Below the pieces are notes generated by a model that had not been told where the DNA came from, ran no database searches, and was given only the letters and a program-made list of their open reading frames with translations. DNA of 64,000 bases, taken from the NCBI RefSeq assembly GCF_006345805.1, contig NC_043001.1:36022001-36086000 (forward strand). Direction: 5' to 3'. A program made the position numbers and the translations under genes. Positions 41,450-55,057 of this stretch are shown here, one piece after another (position 1 is the stretch's first letter; each line of letters starts with the position of its first letter). Source of the stretch: Octopus sinensis. Lineage: Eukaryota.

Positions 41450-42016
41450 CTATATATATTATATTATATATATATATTATGATCAGATGCACTTTGAATA
41501 GTTGAGAAAAGCAAATAAATTAAAACACATGATACAATGTTAAATATTTATACATCAAAAATTATTAAAATAACAAAATATAAATACCTTTCTATTTATG
41601 TTTGTCTTAATGTTTATAAACAAACGCAAGCAAATCAATTAAGCAAAAAAGCACAATGCCTTAGAAATCACCAACGAATAATAATACCTTCATTAATTTT
41701 CTTTATACATTCAATAACAACTTTTTCCTTTTTTTTAACCCCCTTTTCTTCTTCATGCCCTCGAAGTAGAACACGCTTACACATTCGAATACTGTAAATT
41801 CTTTATGTTACTCATTCGACAATTGGATTATGTGCTCTAGATTATGGAATGCAGAGAACAGAACTTCAGCAGACTTTAATATGAAGTATTGATGTTTATA
41901 TTTTAAAACTGTAAATGCTTGCTCTAGACTGGTCACTATAAGTTTATTCCTACGTGAAACAAGTACAAATAGCTTTCTATAAAGTAGAAATGCTTCGCGG
42001 TATTTCGTCTGTGAAT

Positions 42017-42280
42017 GTGCGTGGCTTAGTGATTATGGTATTTGGCTCACGATCGTAGGGCCGTGAGTTCGATTCTCGGTGGCGCGTTATGTCCTTGCGC
42101 AAGGCACTTTATTTCGCGTTGTTCCACTTCATTCAACTGACAAAAATTAGTTGTACCTCTATTCCAAAGAAGCAGCCTTGTCAAATTCTGTGTCACGCTG
42201 AATCTCCCCGAGAACTACGTTAAGGGGACGCATATCTGAGGAGTGCTCGTCCGTTTGCACGTAAATTTCATGAGCAGCAC
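42017..42280 (+). mobile_element. SINE family 3 (tRNA head + CORE-like gtccttgagcaaggcactttatttc), tail type a
   Basis: Head homologous to 53978-54313; 3' module homologous to 57313-57508. Confidence 0.8.
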
Positions 42281-42589
42281 TGGAGTTGATGTAATCAACT
42301 TACCCCAACCCGTAATTGCTGGCCTCGTGCTAAAAATTTGAAACCTATATAGTATCTGTGATGAATATTTGTACGTCAACCCTTTCCACTCACAAAGTAT
42401 TGGTCGGCCCGGAGGTTTAGAAAAAGAAATTTGCCCCAGAGTACCGCAAAATGCTATGATTACTAAGTGAACTCCGTTGAAAATATCTATTGAGTTGATG
42501 AAAATCAATATCAAAATATAAGAATTTATATATATATCAGCTTCTCCTTTCATTTTATGTCATTAAAAAAAAATAATGATAATAATGAT

Positions 42590-42792
42590 TTCAAATATTG
42601 TCACAAGGGCAGCCATTTTAGGAGGAGGAGATGAGTCGACCCCAGTGTTTCACTGGTACTTGATTTATCTACCCCGAAAGGATGAAAAGCAAAATCGACC
42701 TCGACGGAATTTGAACTCTGAACGTAGCGACGGGAGAAATACCACTAAGCATTTCGCCCGGCGTGCTAATGATTCTACCAGCTCGCCACCTT
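42590..42792 (-). mobile_element. SINE family 2, full length
   Basis: Reverse complement of 14558-14790. Confidence 0.88.
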
Positions 42793-42805
42793 AAATAATA
42801 ATAAA

Positions 42806-42906
<101 letters not shown>

Positions 42907-43315
42907 GGCGCAGGAGTGGCTGTGTGGTAAGTAGCTTGCTAACCAACCACATAGTTCCGGGTTCAGTCCCACTGCGTGGCATCCTGGGCAAGTGTCTTCT
43001 GCTATAGCCCCGGGTCGACCAATGCCTTGTGAGTGGATTTGGTAGACGGAAACTGAAAGAAGCCTGTCGTATATATATATATATATATGTGTGTGTGTAT
43101 ATGTTTGTGTGTCTGTGTTTGTCCCCCTAGCATTGCTTGACAACCGATGCTGGCGTGTTTACGTCCCCGTCACTTAGCGGTTCGGCAAAAGAGACCGATA
43201 GAATAAGTACTGGGCTTACAAAGAATAAGTCCCGGGGTCGATTTGCTCGACTAAAGGCGGTGCTCCAGCATGGCCGCAGTCAAATGACTGAAACAAGTAA
43301 AAGAGTAAAAGAGTA
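42907..43315 (+). mobile_element. SINE family 1, young full-length copy inserted in (AAT)n
   Basis: GGCGCAGGAGTGGCTGTGTGG head, GGTTCAGTCCC B-box-like motif, (AAGAGTA) tail; (AAT)n on both sides. Confidence 0.92.
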
Positions 43316-44094
43316 ATAATAATAATAATAACAATAATAATAATAATAATAATAATAATAATCGATAGATGTACAGAGCAATAGTATCAAACGAGATGAG
43401 ATCAACACGCGCAAGAGGACTTCATTTCGTGCAAATACTGAAACAGATTGAAGAAGAGAAAAAAAAACATAGATGAAGTGGATTATGTTTTAAAAAAAAG
43501 TCATTTAAAGCTTAAATGTTTGGTTAGTCAATTACTACGAGTGCTATTAGTGACAAGAAGTAGCATAAAAAAATGGCAAGTGCTGTCACAGAACTAGTCT
43601 GCTAACAGTGCTGACGTGAGAGTGTTTGTGCGTAAAAATGTATGAGGAGGTAAGAGTTTTCACAAAATAACATTTCAGAAGCAAAACATTGTTAACCTCT
43701 TAATAATTCGAAGTTCCCCTCCTCAAGAAATATATCACGTGGTCAGTCAGAGACGGGGCAATCTCATTAAGCCCAACCAAGTTAAACATGGCGTCTTTAC
43801 TATGTTGTTGGATGAAAGATGTTTTTCATCACGGATTGTCTTTGACAACGGGAAAGACTCTAACAAATAAATCTGTCTTGATTTGTTTTCTGTCTAGTTT
43901 TCTTAGTTTTCTTTCTATCCTAATTTCGACTGCGGTTTGTTTTTTATAAGCATCGACGTCCTAATATTTAAAACCTGATGTATATTCAAAAATCTGAAGA
44001 TGTTCGTACACGGTCATGAACATATATCAGAAACCATTATGTACACGCAGAAACTACTAGTTCTAAAACAAATCAGCAGTACCAACAATTAAAA

Positions 44095-44154
<60 letters not shown>

Positions 44155-44689
44155 ATGTATATATGCATCTACGAAGTGGGGGAAAGTTCCTGCCTTTAAG
44201 AGTATCGCGAAAGGCCTGGCTGGGGGCCGAACATTCAGAGTTCTTTTCCAGGGTTTAGAAAAACTGAAGGACCGCTGCAATAAGTGTGTGAATCTGAGAA
44301 GGGGGAATATGTTGGATAAACTCAGATAAAATCATAATTAACTGATCCTCCCGTATTTTCTTTAACTCAAAGCCAGGAACTTTTCAGCACTCCTTCGTAT
44401 GTATGTTTCTATGTAGGGTTAGTTCAAACTGTACCCTGCGCACACTCCTGAGCAAAGAACACTATGACGAATTTTTAGTATATCATTGTGACTAAAGGGG
44501 GAGCCTCAAGCCCTTAATGCTTTTTTGGTGGGACTGGCGTACTACACGAAGTATAAAGCATCAATTTCCATAAATTTTGTAGAGTGAAGGAGCTTCAGTA
44601 ACCATTCTCTAATTGGGCTCCGCACTTCCTAGCGCCAGCCAAGTGTGTATGTGTCTGTGTGTGCGTGTATACGCACACACGAACACATA

Positions 44690-44858
44690 TAGTTCAAATT
44701 TACAGAAGGCAAAAGACGAAGACAGGTGGAGGAACAGCAAGCAAGTATAATAGTTTAACGCTCGTGAAGAATGGAAAAGTCTTTGACGTTTCGAGCTTCC
44801 GCTCTTCGACAGAAAGGACTGAGAGAGGAAAAACGGAAAGGGAAAAATAATATGTAGG
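44690..44858 (-). mobile_element. Solo Penelope-type LTR-like repeat with minimal hammerhead ribozyme (44779-44819)
   Basis: Minus strand reads ccttt-CTGTCGA-A-GAGC-ggaa-GCTC-GAAAC-GTC-aaaga; homologous to the copies at 44.9, 58.8 and 61.3 kb. Confidence 0.7.
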
Positions 44859-44902
44859 AATTAACGGTTCAACATGATGAAATGGCCAGATCGCTAGCCA
44901 CT

Positions 44903-45085
44903 ACACATTATCTTCTCTCCTTGTTTCTTTCTGTGTTCCTTTCTGTGGAAGAGCGTAGGCTTGAAACGTTAAAGACTTTTTCACTTCCCGAGCGTTATAC
45001 TAATACATCTGTTTGTTGTCTACACCACCTGTCTTCGTTTTTTTTTTTTTTTGCTTTCTTTTGTGAAATCTTCCCCAATGTATAT
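44903..45085 (+). mobile_element. Solo Penelope-type LTR-like repeat with minimal hammerhead (44939-44974)
   Basis: cttt-CTGTGGA-A-GAGC-gtag-GCTT-GAAAC-GTT-aaag, followed by the shared gagcg..tactaataca..caccacctgtcttcg segment. Confidence 0.7.
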
Positions 45086-45632
45086 ATGTATAACTACACT
45101 GAACAATTAGCTTGTGCATACATTCATAACTGACCGGGTTTTAAAAGCATTCTAAGTATGTCAATCCATTTAAAAAGTTTTCCGACAATAACCACCTCGT
45201 AGTTTTAAGCAATGGATAACTGCGAAGAGCAGATGCTAGGAAAATATGGAATGGTCATACATGGAGAGCTTTTGAATAACGTCGTGTGGAAAAAATCAAT
45301 GAAATGCTGACGTTCTGTGTGGGGCAATACTGAATAAAAGTACCATTCATTCTTGTAACTACGTAGGAAACTTTAGACAAATTGAGCCGTCGTTCATTCT
45401 CTGTTGGCACTCTGTGACTTAATCTACTCGTCTACTTTACATAGCAAAATTTAATGTACATTTACCAAAAGCACGCATAAGGTACATGTTCATTTAGTAT
45501 TTTTCTCCACACACGCTGACTCCGTACTTTATTTATTTTACATGCGTATAAACATAAAAAATAAAGAGAAAGGAAGCTATTCTAACGAAACTGAAAGGTA
45601 ATCATACATTTCGTTATATACTCGACAATTAT

Positions 45633-45781
45633 TCTCTCTTTTACTCTTTTACTTGTTTCAGTCATCTGACTGTGGCCATGCTGGAGCACCGCCTTTTTAG
45701 TCGAGCAAATCGACCCCAGGACTTATTCTTTGTAAGCCTAGTACTTATTTTATCGGTGTCTTTTGCCGAACCGCTAAGTTA
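45633..45781 (-). mobile_element. SINE family 1, 3' fragment
   Basis: Tail and 3' body only, abutting a family 4 SINE. Confidence 0.85.
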
Positions 45782-45784
45782 CAA

Positions 45785-46084
45785 TGTGATCACCGTGACC
45801 GACCAGGCTATTAGACGTTGCTACACGTCGCTGGTCACAATGCGCTTCGCATCGTTTTAGACTTCAAATGACGCCACCCTGCTGGCTAAGCGAGCAGACC
45901 AACAGAAGAAAGAGTGAGAGAAAGTTGTTGCAAAAGAGTACAGCAGAGATCATCACCACCCCCTGCCGGAGCCTCGTGGAGCTTTAGGTGTTTTCGCTCA
46001 ACAAACACTCACAACGCCCGGTCTGGGAATCGAAACCGCGATCCTACGACCGCTGCCCTAACCATTGGGGCATTGCGCCTCCAC
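45785..46084 (-). mobile_element. SINE family 4 (tRNA head GTGGAGGCGCAATG), RTE-like tail
   Basis: Head and body homologous to 57510-57710; tail resembles the RTE 3' end at 48400-48461. Confidence 0.85.
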
Positions 46085-46848
46085 AAGTTACAATGTAGTA
46101 TTTCTAAATATAATGTAACGATAATGGATTCGTTTCAATTTCTCAGAGAAAAGAATTGTCTAGTTATATAAATAGACTTAAACCAGATAGTAGATATTAA
46201 AATCATCTATTGTCTTTTTGGGGCTGTTTTCTTTTTTTGTGCGTGTGTAAATCTATAATATATCGGCGAGAAAAATAAACTTAGACATTAAGTCTTTAGC
46301 ATGTTATAAAAATCTCTTCACTGAAGGAGAGCGTTGTGATGACCAACTTTTCTGACACACCACTGAATAATAACTAAGGCGGTATATAATATATTATAAC
46401 TGACAACCAACCAGAATATTCTGACAGGTAACAGATTCTTCTGTGTCATGAATGGAATTTATTTCAAACAAATAAATAGATAGATAAGTAAACAAATAAG
46501 TGGAATGTGGTTCAAAGCTGACTCGGTTTTATGCTTTTCCATTTAAAAAGGGCAAGAAAAAAAATGATAAATGAACATTTTCTTTTAACTGAATGCCTTA
46601 GTTTACCTTTTCGAGGTATACTGTACACGTTTTTACACAGATATATGTTTGCCTATTGTTATTATATGTGTGTATCATATATATACATACAGACGCAAAC
46701 ACTCACAAAGATACATGTGTGAGTGTCTGTGTATTATACCACAAAAATACGCACATGCATACACATGTAATACTCATCTGTATATTTGCACACGTAAGTG
46801 TGTGTGTATCCAAACGTATATTTTAATTATATATATTATATAATATAT

Positions 46849-46891
<43 letters not shown>

Positions 46892-47304
46892 TTATATTAT
46901 CTATATATATATAATTATATATATATATAATATATATAATATATATATATATACATACATAATATATATACATACATATATATATATACATATATATACA
47001 TACATATATATATATACACATACATATATATATATATACACATACATATATATATACATACATATATATACACATACATATATACATATATACATACACA
47101 TACATATATATATACATACATATATACATACACATATATATATACATACATATATACATACACATACATATATATATACATACATATATACATACACATA
47201 CATATATATACATACATATATACACATACATATATATACATACATATGTATATATATACATACAAATATATATATACATACAAATATATATATAATACAT
47301 ACAA

Positions 47305-47360
<56 letters not shown>

Positions 47361-48064
47361 CAAATTCTTGGAGAGAATACTTTATATATATATATATATA
47401 TATATCCAAACGTGTATTAAAATACATATATGCATGAGTGTTTGTGTGCATACCTAAATACCTACATACATGAGTATATACGCAAATATATACACATACA
47501 TTTATCCAAAATCTGACGCATATGTCGGTTGTTCATGATAAAGTTTTAGATCGGCTCACAACCCACATCTTATATTTTTCTTTCTTTCTTAAGGGTTTTA
47601 AATATTTTTCGAGTTAAACGACTGCTGCTGTATCATTCTTTAAAACCGTGCACTTCCTCAGTATAATATCTCCATCGAGATGTTGAAATTTGAGCATCAT
47701 GGGTATACGTTTAATTCGGGCGCGAGCGCATATATGGGTTTTTGTATGTGTATTAACATCAAGTGAGTTAAAACATTCAAGCAGAGAGAATTTAATGCGC
47801 ATAGAAGAGATGGATATGGTCTTTATGTAAGTAGACAAGCCAAGCATTTGCTACTTAAGTTTCAGGATGATGCAGCGGATAGAGCTCCCAGAGTGGATTC
47901 TGCTCTCCTCAAAAGCCCTATCTAGCATTTTGGTAGATTTTTAAAAAATTACACACGCCAATAAACACGTGCGCACATACACCCACACATGTGTATATGT
48001 GTGTTCAGACGCACACACACATACAAATATGCATACATTCATATATATATATATATATGTGTGT

Positions 48065-48118
<54 letters not shown>

Positions 48119-48152
48119 GTGTGTGTGTGTGTGCTCTTATGTGCACATAAGT

Positions 48153-48461
48153 AGCGAGATCATCAGAGAGAAGTCCGGCGTGAGAGATGTCATCGCAGAG
48201 TAGACACGCAGCAAGTATAGGTGGGCTGGACACGTCGTGCGGCTCACCGATAATCGGTGGACGCACACAGTCGTCGAGTGGTACCCGCGCGAGCGGTAAA
48301 GACCACCCGGAAGACCTCCACGACGGTGGAGTTACGATTTCAGGAGGACGATTGGGATCACGTGGATGAGAAAGGCAAGATCCAGAGAAGAGTGGACACA
48401 TGCGGTGAGTGACCCAGCGGTGTCAATGGACGCCTGACGGACTGGTTCGGTCACAAGGTGA
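48153..48461 (+). mobile_element. 3' end of an RTE-clade LINE
   Basis: Translation through two stops: SEIIREKSGVRDVIAE*TRSKYRWAGHVVRLTDNRWTHTVVEWYPRER*RPPGRPPRRW...W.RKARSREEW, the characteristic RTE C-terminus (WAGH..R, RW...EW.PR, GRP..RW). Confidence 0.9.
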
Positions 48462-48465
48462 TATA

Positions 48466-48537
<72 letters not shown>

Positions 48538-48760
48538 TTACTCTTTTACTTGTTTCAGTCATTTATTTGACTGTGGCCATGCTGGAGCACCGCCTTTAGT
48601 CAATCAAATCGACCCCAGGACTTATTCTTTGTAATCCTAGTACTTATTCTATCGGTTTCTTTTGCCAAACCGCTAAGTTACGGGGACGTAAACACACCAG
48701 CATCGGTAGACCAGCGATGTCGGGGGACAAACACAGACATACAAACATATACACACACAC
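48538..48760 (-). mobile_element. SINE family 1, 3' half
   Basis: Ends at the internal CA tract, where a family 2 dimer begins. Confidence 0.85.
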
Positions 48761-49133
48761 GGCCCGAAATTTAAGGAGAGGGCGCCAGTCGATTAGATCG
48801 ACATCAGTACACAACTGGTACTTAATTTATCGAACGCGAAAGGATGAAAGGCAAGGTCGACATCGGCGGAATTTGAACTCAGAACGTAATGACAGACGAA
48901 ATACCTATTTCCTTTACTACCCAAAAGGGGCTAAACACAGAGGGGACAAACAAGGATAGACACACGGATTAAGTCGATTACATCTACCCCAGTGCGTAAC
49001 TGATACTTATTTGATCGACCCCGAAAGGATGAAAGGCAAAGTCGACCTCGGCGGAATTTGAACTCAGAACTTAGCCGCAGACGAAATACGGCTACGCATT
49101 TCGCCCGTTGTGCTACCGTTTCTGCCAGCTCGC
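48761..49133 (-). mobile_element. SINE family 2, dimeric form with a linker
   Basis: Two units joined by ctatttcctttactacccaaaaggggctaaacacagaggggacaaacaagg. Confidence 0.85.
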
Positions 49134-49660
49134 TGTTTTGTCAGTATATTCATGTCTTTAATATTGTATGTACACGATAAATAAAGGAAAAAGGGACTCA
49201 GTGTTACAGGTTATTTTAGAATAAATATATCTTTTCATTAGGGTGCGGTGTATATTGTCAAATCGTACAGGGTGATTCTCTTTCGTCTTCATATTAAACA
49301 TATTCAAATAGAAGACACACAGTTGAACACATTGTCATTGTCATTATTATTATTATTATTATATTATTATTATGTTACTTCTATTTTAGTCTCATTCACA
49401 CTTTGTAAACGATTCAGTGACTGCATGATTTGCATTCACTACACATTACATATTTATATTTAGACAGTATTTCATACAGATTTCGACATGGTACGTAAGT
49501 AACCTATATATATATATATATAAATACAAGCTGGGAAAAGAACGCAAAACATTTAGAAGACGATACAAAAAACACGGACGGGACATTCGAAGCCTTCGAT
49601 CTTCAGTCAAGAACCGGATCATCCTCGCAATTTCGGCTGATAGGCACAGGTGTGGATGTG

Positions 49661-49850
49661 TGGCAAGAAGCTTGTTCCCTCGCATATGGTTACGAATTCA
49701 GTTCCACAGCGTAGCAACTTGATCAAGCGTTTGTACCCTACCACCGCTTGACAACCGGTGAGGGTGTGTTTATGTCACACAATTTGGCGAAAGAGACCGA
49801 TAGAATAAGTACCAGGCTGAAAGGAGACATAAGTACTGGGATCGATTCAT
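49661..49850 (+). mobile_element. SINE family 1, degenerate internally deleted copy
   Basis: Diverged head joined to ccaccgcttgacaaccg..gagaccgatagaataagtacc. Confidence 0.7.
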
Positions 49851-50855
49851 TCGTGCTACGTTTACTACAAAAGGTTTAACTGCTGTGCTCAACTGACCTC
49901 CGCAATACAACAAAGTAGGAGCGTGTTCGTGTGAGAGGAGGTTGGTTCTGCTCTCCTATATTCAACAGAATTAGGTTTTTTCTGCCTTGTGTCCAGTTCC
50001 TAGTTTCTTTCGTTTGATAGAAATACATCTCACTAGCTTTTCTCTGCTTCAGTTTGCATTTGTATACAAGAAGTTGCTCCGACTCATACAAGAACGCATT
50101 CACATCACTCACACATACAGCTACATATGTTGACAAGCAGGAGCCAGATGTTTTGAGAGGTGGGGTAGTTATGCTATTCGGCAGCCGGTTAGAACATTGT
50201 ATCAAACAAGCTAGTTATGATTTAACCAACATGCATTCAGAATGTTAAGATGGTGGATAAGGAAAAAAAAATGGGAAAAGGAGGAAGTGTTTTTTTTCTT
50301 TTTTTCTTCTTTTTTTTTTTTGTTGCTTTTTATTTTCTCTGGTTTAACTCCCTGAGATGGAACTATTCAAAGACATAAACAAACCTGCAGATAACATGGT
50401 GATGAAAGAAAACGACTGAATCCCGGAAGTTGGCAATAACAAAAGATAAAGTAATGGCTGGATGAATGTAAAGATGCATAGAGTTATGTATTTTTTTGTT
50501 TAAATATATATAACTTATGGCTGTCTCACTCTCAGTGTGTGTGTGTGTGTTGTGTGTGTGTGTGTGTGCGCGCGCGTGTGGTGTGTGTGCGTGTGTGTGT
50601 GTGTATGCGTGCGTGTGTTTGGCGTTTCCTGCTCGAATGCAGAGCATGCAATGCATACCAAAGATACATAAATAAATGTAAATAACAAATCAGATTTTAA
50701 TATAAATCATTCATATTTTACGAGACACGGTTGTAAAGGGGGTACATACATGCTAGATGTACCCTGCTTCAATTATATGGCCTTGATTTTTATAACCGCG
50801 TATTCTGGCTTAAGTACAAAGACTTGCCCTTGACACTACCCAAATATACATATAC

Positions 50856-50894
<39 letters not shown>

Positions 50895-51083
50895 AGAGAA
50901 TACATACACAAACGTTGTGTGTGCTTGTGCGTGTGTAACTTGAGTTTTTACTCATGCATGTATGCTTGCCGTATGGATAAGATAAAGATAAAGACAACCA
51001 GCTACTACTTCATAAACTATTACTTCATAATGCCTGTCTATGAACGTAATAGCTCAGTTTTAAATTCATATAAGAATTTCTAG

Positions 51084-51105
51084 TATCTCCACTTGCTGAA
51101 GACAG
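51084..51105 (+). CDS. Putative 22-nt micro-exon (I-SPLAED-R)
   Basis: aagaatttctAG | TATCTCCACTTGCTGAAGACAG | GTacgt. Strong donor, moderate acceptor. The phase 1 to 2 reading links exon B to the 56512 exon. Confidence 0.45.
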
Positions 51106-51385
51106 GTACGTTTGCTAAATTTTCTTGTCATGCAGCTAACACTATGCAATCAGCTATGTAATTGCTGACTTTAGGAGGATCTATAAGCCAAGAAAATTAA
51201 TTATTACTATCCCGTAATCAGAGATGCAATATCCTATTCCCTTATGTCGTATTCTTGGTAAAAGTGCATGTTTATTCTTCTAGATTCCTTTATCGCCAGT
51301 TAAACTTTAAATGGCAGAAAAAGAAAGAAAATGAAGAAAGGTAGATGGAGTGGAAACCATCAGCTATTTAAAACTATAATATATA

Positions 51386-51445
<60 letters not shown>

Positions 51446-51459
51446 TATTATATATATAT

Positions 51460-51491
<32 letters not shown>

Positions 51492-53977
51492 CATATATAT
51501 ATAGTCAAAAATTTGTTTGAAAGATATTATATATCAGTGGCGTATGGTAGTTGTTGTGATTGGGTGTGCAGCCACACTCACCATACTATGACTGACACTA
51601 GTATTACACAAATTAGGCGTACAAACCTGTGTAGTTCTGATTCTGTTCAAACTTGTAGTGTTTATAAGGAATTTGCCATTTTTGATGGGTGTGCAGCGCA
51701 CACCTAGCACCGGAATATGCGCTCCTATATATATATAATATAAATTAAAGGAAAAAAACACTATTATGCAATTCAAACAATAATAGACATAAACTAAATC
51801 ATAAATAACATAATAGTGGGGTTTTTTTCTCTAATTTATATTTTAAATATTTATATTATGAAATTTGATTTAATACTAAATTGAATTTTTCCCTGTAAGT
51901 TTGGAGTTATACTCCCTAATATTATTATTATTATTGTGTGTGTGTGTGTGTGTGTGTGTAGTCTACACTTAACTGTATGTTCTTGAAGCAGAAGCCATCA
52001 AAGGAAATTTTTCGTATAAATACTATATAGTCAAAAATTTGTTTCAAAGGTATGGGATATTATGGGGAGGTCTAGTAAGGTGGAGGGTGTGCAGAATTGT
52101 TACTATACCAAGAATCGGATGAACTCCCCAAGCATACTAAAGTCGATTAACTACTTTAAATTTCAGAGCTTTTTCCCTTGACCTGCTTGACAAGAATCGT
52201 GATTAACGCTAAAACTTTTCAGCTTTTCTCTCTCTTTATACTATAATAATAAGACATCATTATCATAGCTAAATTCTGGTGAATGTCATAACAAAAATTA
52301 TAGGAAAAGCTTATGAGAAGTCTTTGGTATAGCTACATTGTTAGAAGGTTGCTGAAAGCTTAACATTCGAGCTTGTTCCATGATTATTAAAGTTTTCGAT
52401 TATATCTTTGACTGCATTCCATAGATTTTTAAGAGCGCAACACGCCCTAACAATCAGACTAATAATATTATTAGATACGGTGTACTTTCGTAATTTCAAA
52501 ACACAACTGTTCGCTCTTCAAACCTCGCTCTAGGTGACACTCGGATTATTTATAGTCAGGTTATTATCTCTTTAGCAAATCTCAGTGACATTTATAACAC
52601 TTAAAAGCCAACCAATGTTTACAAGTATTAGAAAATTTCATGAAATCAGTGTTCTGTGATATTATCCTAAGGTTACAATAAGGCCATCAATTCAAGTTGT
52701 ATGTGTACATTTGCCCTTTGAACAGATTTTGTAAGAATAGAACAATGGATTTCTTGTAGGATCTATGCTGAATTTGGGATCCATTCTGTTCTGTGTACTT
52801 GCTTGCTATCCTATACTAAAAGTGCTCTGAAGCGATAAAGGTTTGTTTATGCTGACACCTATATTTGATTTATGAAACAAGGGAAAAGCGAAATGATTGG
52901 AGTTATCCAAACGTAATCGACGCTTTTCATATTGTTGTTGGTAAGCCACTCATATATACGTACACTGACGCACAAGCAGAGTGTGTGTGTGTGTGTGTGT
53001 GAGCGCGCAGCATGTGCATCTTGGGATCAAATCAATATGTCACGCTATTTGCAATATAAAACAAACCGTTTACGAACCTTCAGAAGAGGTCAATAAAATC
53101 AATCTAACCCATGAAAATAAGACGAAGAAAGTGGACTTAATAATTATCGATGGTTTTGTGTCTTCTCCATTTTATCTCTTAAAAACTAACGAGGAACCCT
53201 TTATATATTAGGACATTTTAGAAATAACAACTTAAACAAGTTCGGACCATACAATCCTCTTATTATGAAGAATATATACAGGAATAGTGCATCCAAACTA
53301 AAAAGAAGTCGTTATCGTTGCGAAACCTTTCTTTATAGGTTTGTTCGGTTCAGTCAGAGCTTGACGAAAGGGAAAATTTTTTTAGGTATATAGTTTCTTC
53401 TCCCCGCTTAACCAAATTTGCGAATATTGCCCAGTATTTATTTATTTATCTTTTTTTTTACTTTTAACAGATTAAAAATGTTACCATGGTTATATAAAAT
53501 CTTACCGAAGATATAACTTGTGGAGGAGCGGGATCCACTGCTAGCTTGCACCATGTATATTAACTACATGTGTAACTACATGAAGATAAGGCAATTAGAT
53601 GTGTCCAAACAACCCACGCACCTATGTATGTGTATATAAATATATATTTATAAATATACACGCAGGAACGTATCCATCCATCCATACATACATATATCGT
53701 AGCTTGAGACTTAGCCGTCACCCACATGCGGGTAGACTACTTTGACTCGGTATATTCAGTGCCAATGTAGTTGCGAGCAGACGCTCCCACCCTTGAGCCA
53801 GCGGAACATTGTGGATGTAATAGCTGGGAGATTGGGGTGGACAGAGGTATGTTATTCATTTTCACTGAGGAGACTAGAGTAACCTGAAATGAAGTACCCT
53901 ACTCGAAGATTACAACCTGCTGCTCGGTTGAGGACCGAACCCACTCCCTAACAGAAGGCCTCTCATATCTACATAAA

Positions 53978-54313
53978 GGGTAAAGACCCCCTTCGGTCAT
54001 GAATGACCATGGGATTGCACCTAGAAAATTACCCTCCTAGACACAAGTCCGGGCAAGGTTGTTTATGGAAGACCAGCAGTCGCCCATGCTTACCAGCCTC
54101 CCTTCTCCACGCTACCAGTGTTATCCAAGGGAAAGACAAAGGTCGAAACAGCTTGGCACCTGTGACGTCGCAACTCATTTCTACAGCTGAGTGAACTGGA
54201 GCAACGTGAAATAAAGTGCCTTGCTCAAGAACACAACACGCAGCCCGGTCCGGGATTCGAGCTCACAACCTCACGATCGTAAGCTCGACGCTCTAACCAC
54301 TGAGCCATGCGAC
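53978..54313 (-). mobile_element. SINE family 3, full length, tail type c
   Basis: A-box TGGCTCAGTGG, B-box-like GCTCGAATCC, CORE-like block, tail ggtcattcatgaccgaagggggtctttaccc. Confidence 0.88.
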
Positions 54314-54727
54314 ATAATTCATACATATTTACACAAACGCTGGCATACACAAACACAGATACTTGCATTCACACTCAACTTCACAGCAAGCATTTTACAT
54401 GCACGAACAGAGATTTCTTATTAGAAAGTGAAGAATATTCAAGATGAGAAAGAAAAAAAAAATTGTTTAAAGCAATATTAAATTGACAAATAATTTATAC
54501 TGCGATATGCATATCTATGCATGTGTTAAAATGAGAAGAATATGACGTATGTATGCGTGTTTGAAAGAATTATATTTCAAATTGTAAAAATCTATACGAT
54601 TATAATAAACACTCAACACAAATAGTTTGTAATATCTGATGGAATTCCAAAAATGTCAATTTGATAGACATCTTAAAAATAAGTGAATGTCTTAAAAGAA
54701 ATACAAAAAATAATAGTAGTAGTAGTG

Positions 54728-54774
<47 letters not shown>

Positions 54775-55057
54775 TTATAATAATAATAAAGGGAGAGAGG
54801 AGGAGGAGGAGGCTGAGGAGGAGGTGGCGGTGGTGTTGTTGGTGGTGGTGCTGGTAGTGGTGGTGTTGGTGCTGGTGCTGGTGCTGGTGGTGCTGGTGGT
54901 GGTGCTGGTGGTGGCGGTGGTGGCGGCGGCGGCGGAGGAGGAGGAGGAGGAAGAGCGAAATACTTCACAGAAATCTAATCCCGATCGTGAAATAAAAGTT
55001 AATTATAGTATTTAATGTTTTATACAGGTCTTCCCTTTTAAATGAAATAGTTGTGTT

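Noticed and set aside
49575-49640. Minus-strand CTGAAGA..CTTCGAATGTC as a hammerhead
   Set aside because: GAAA is replaced by GAAT and stems I and II cannot be closed canonically. It is probably a TE end, but a ribozyme is unsupported.
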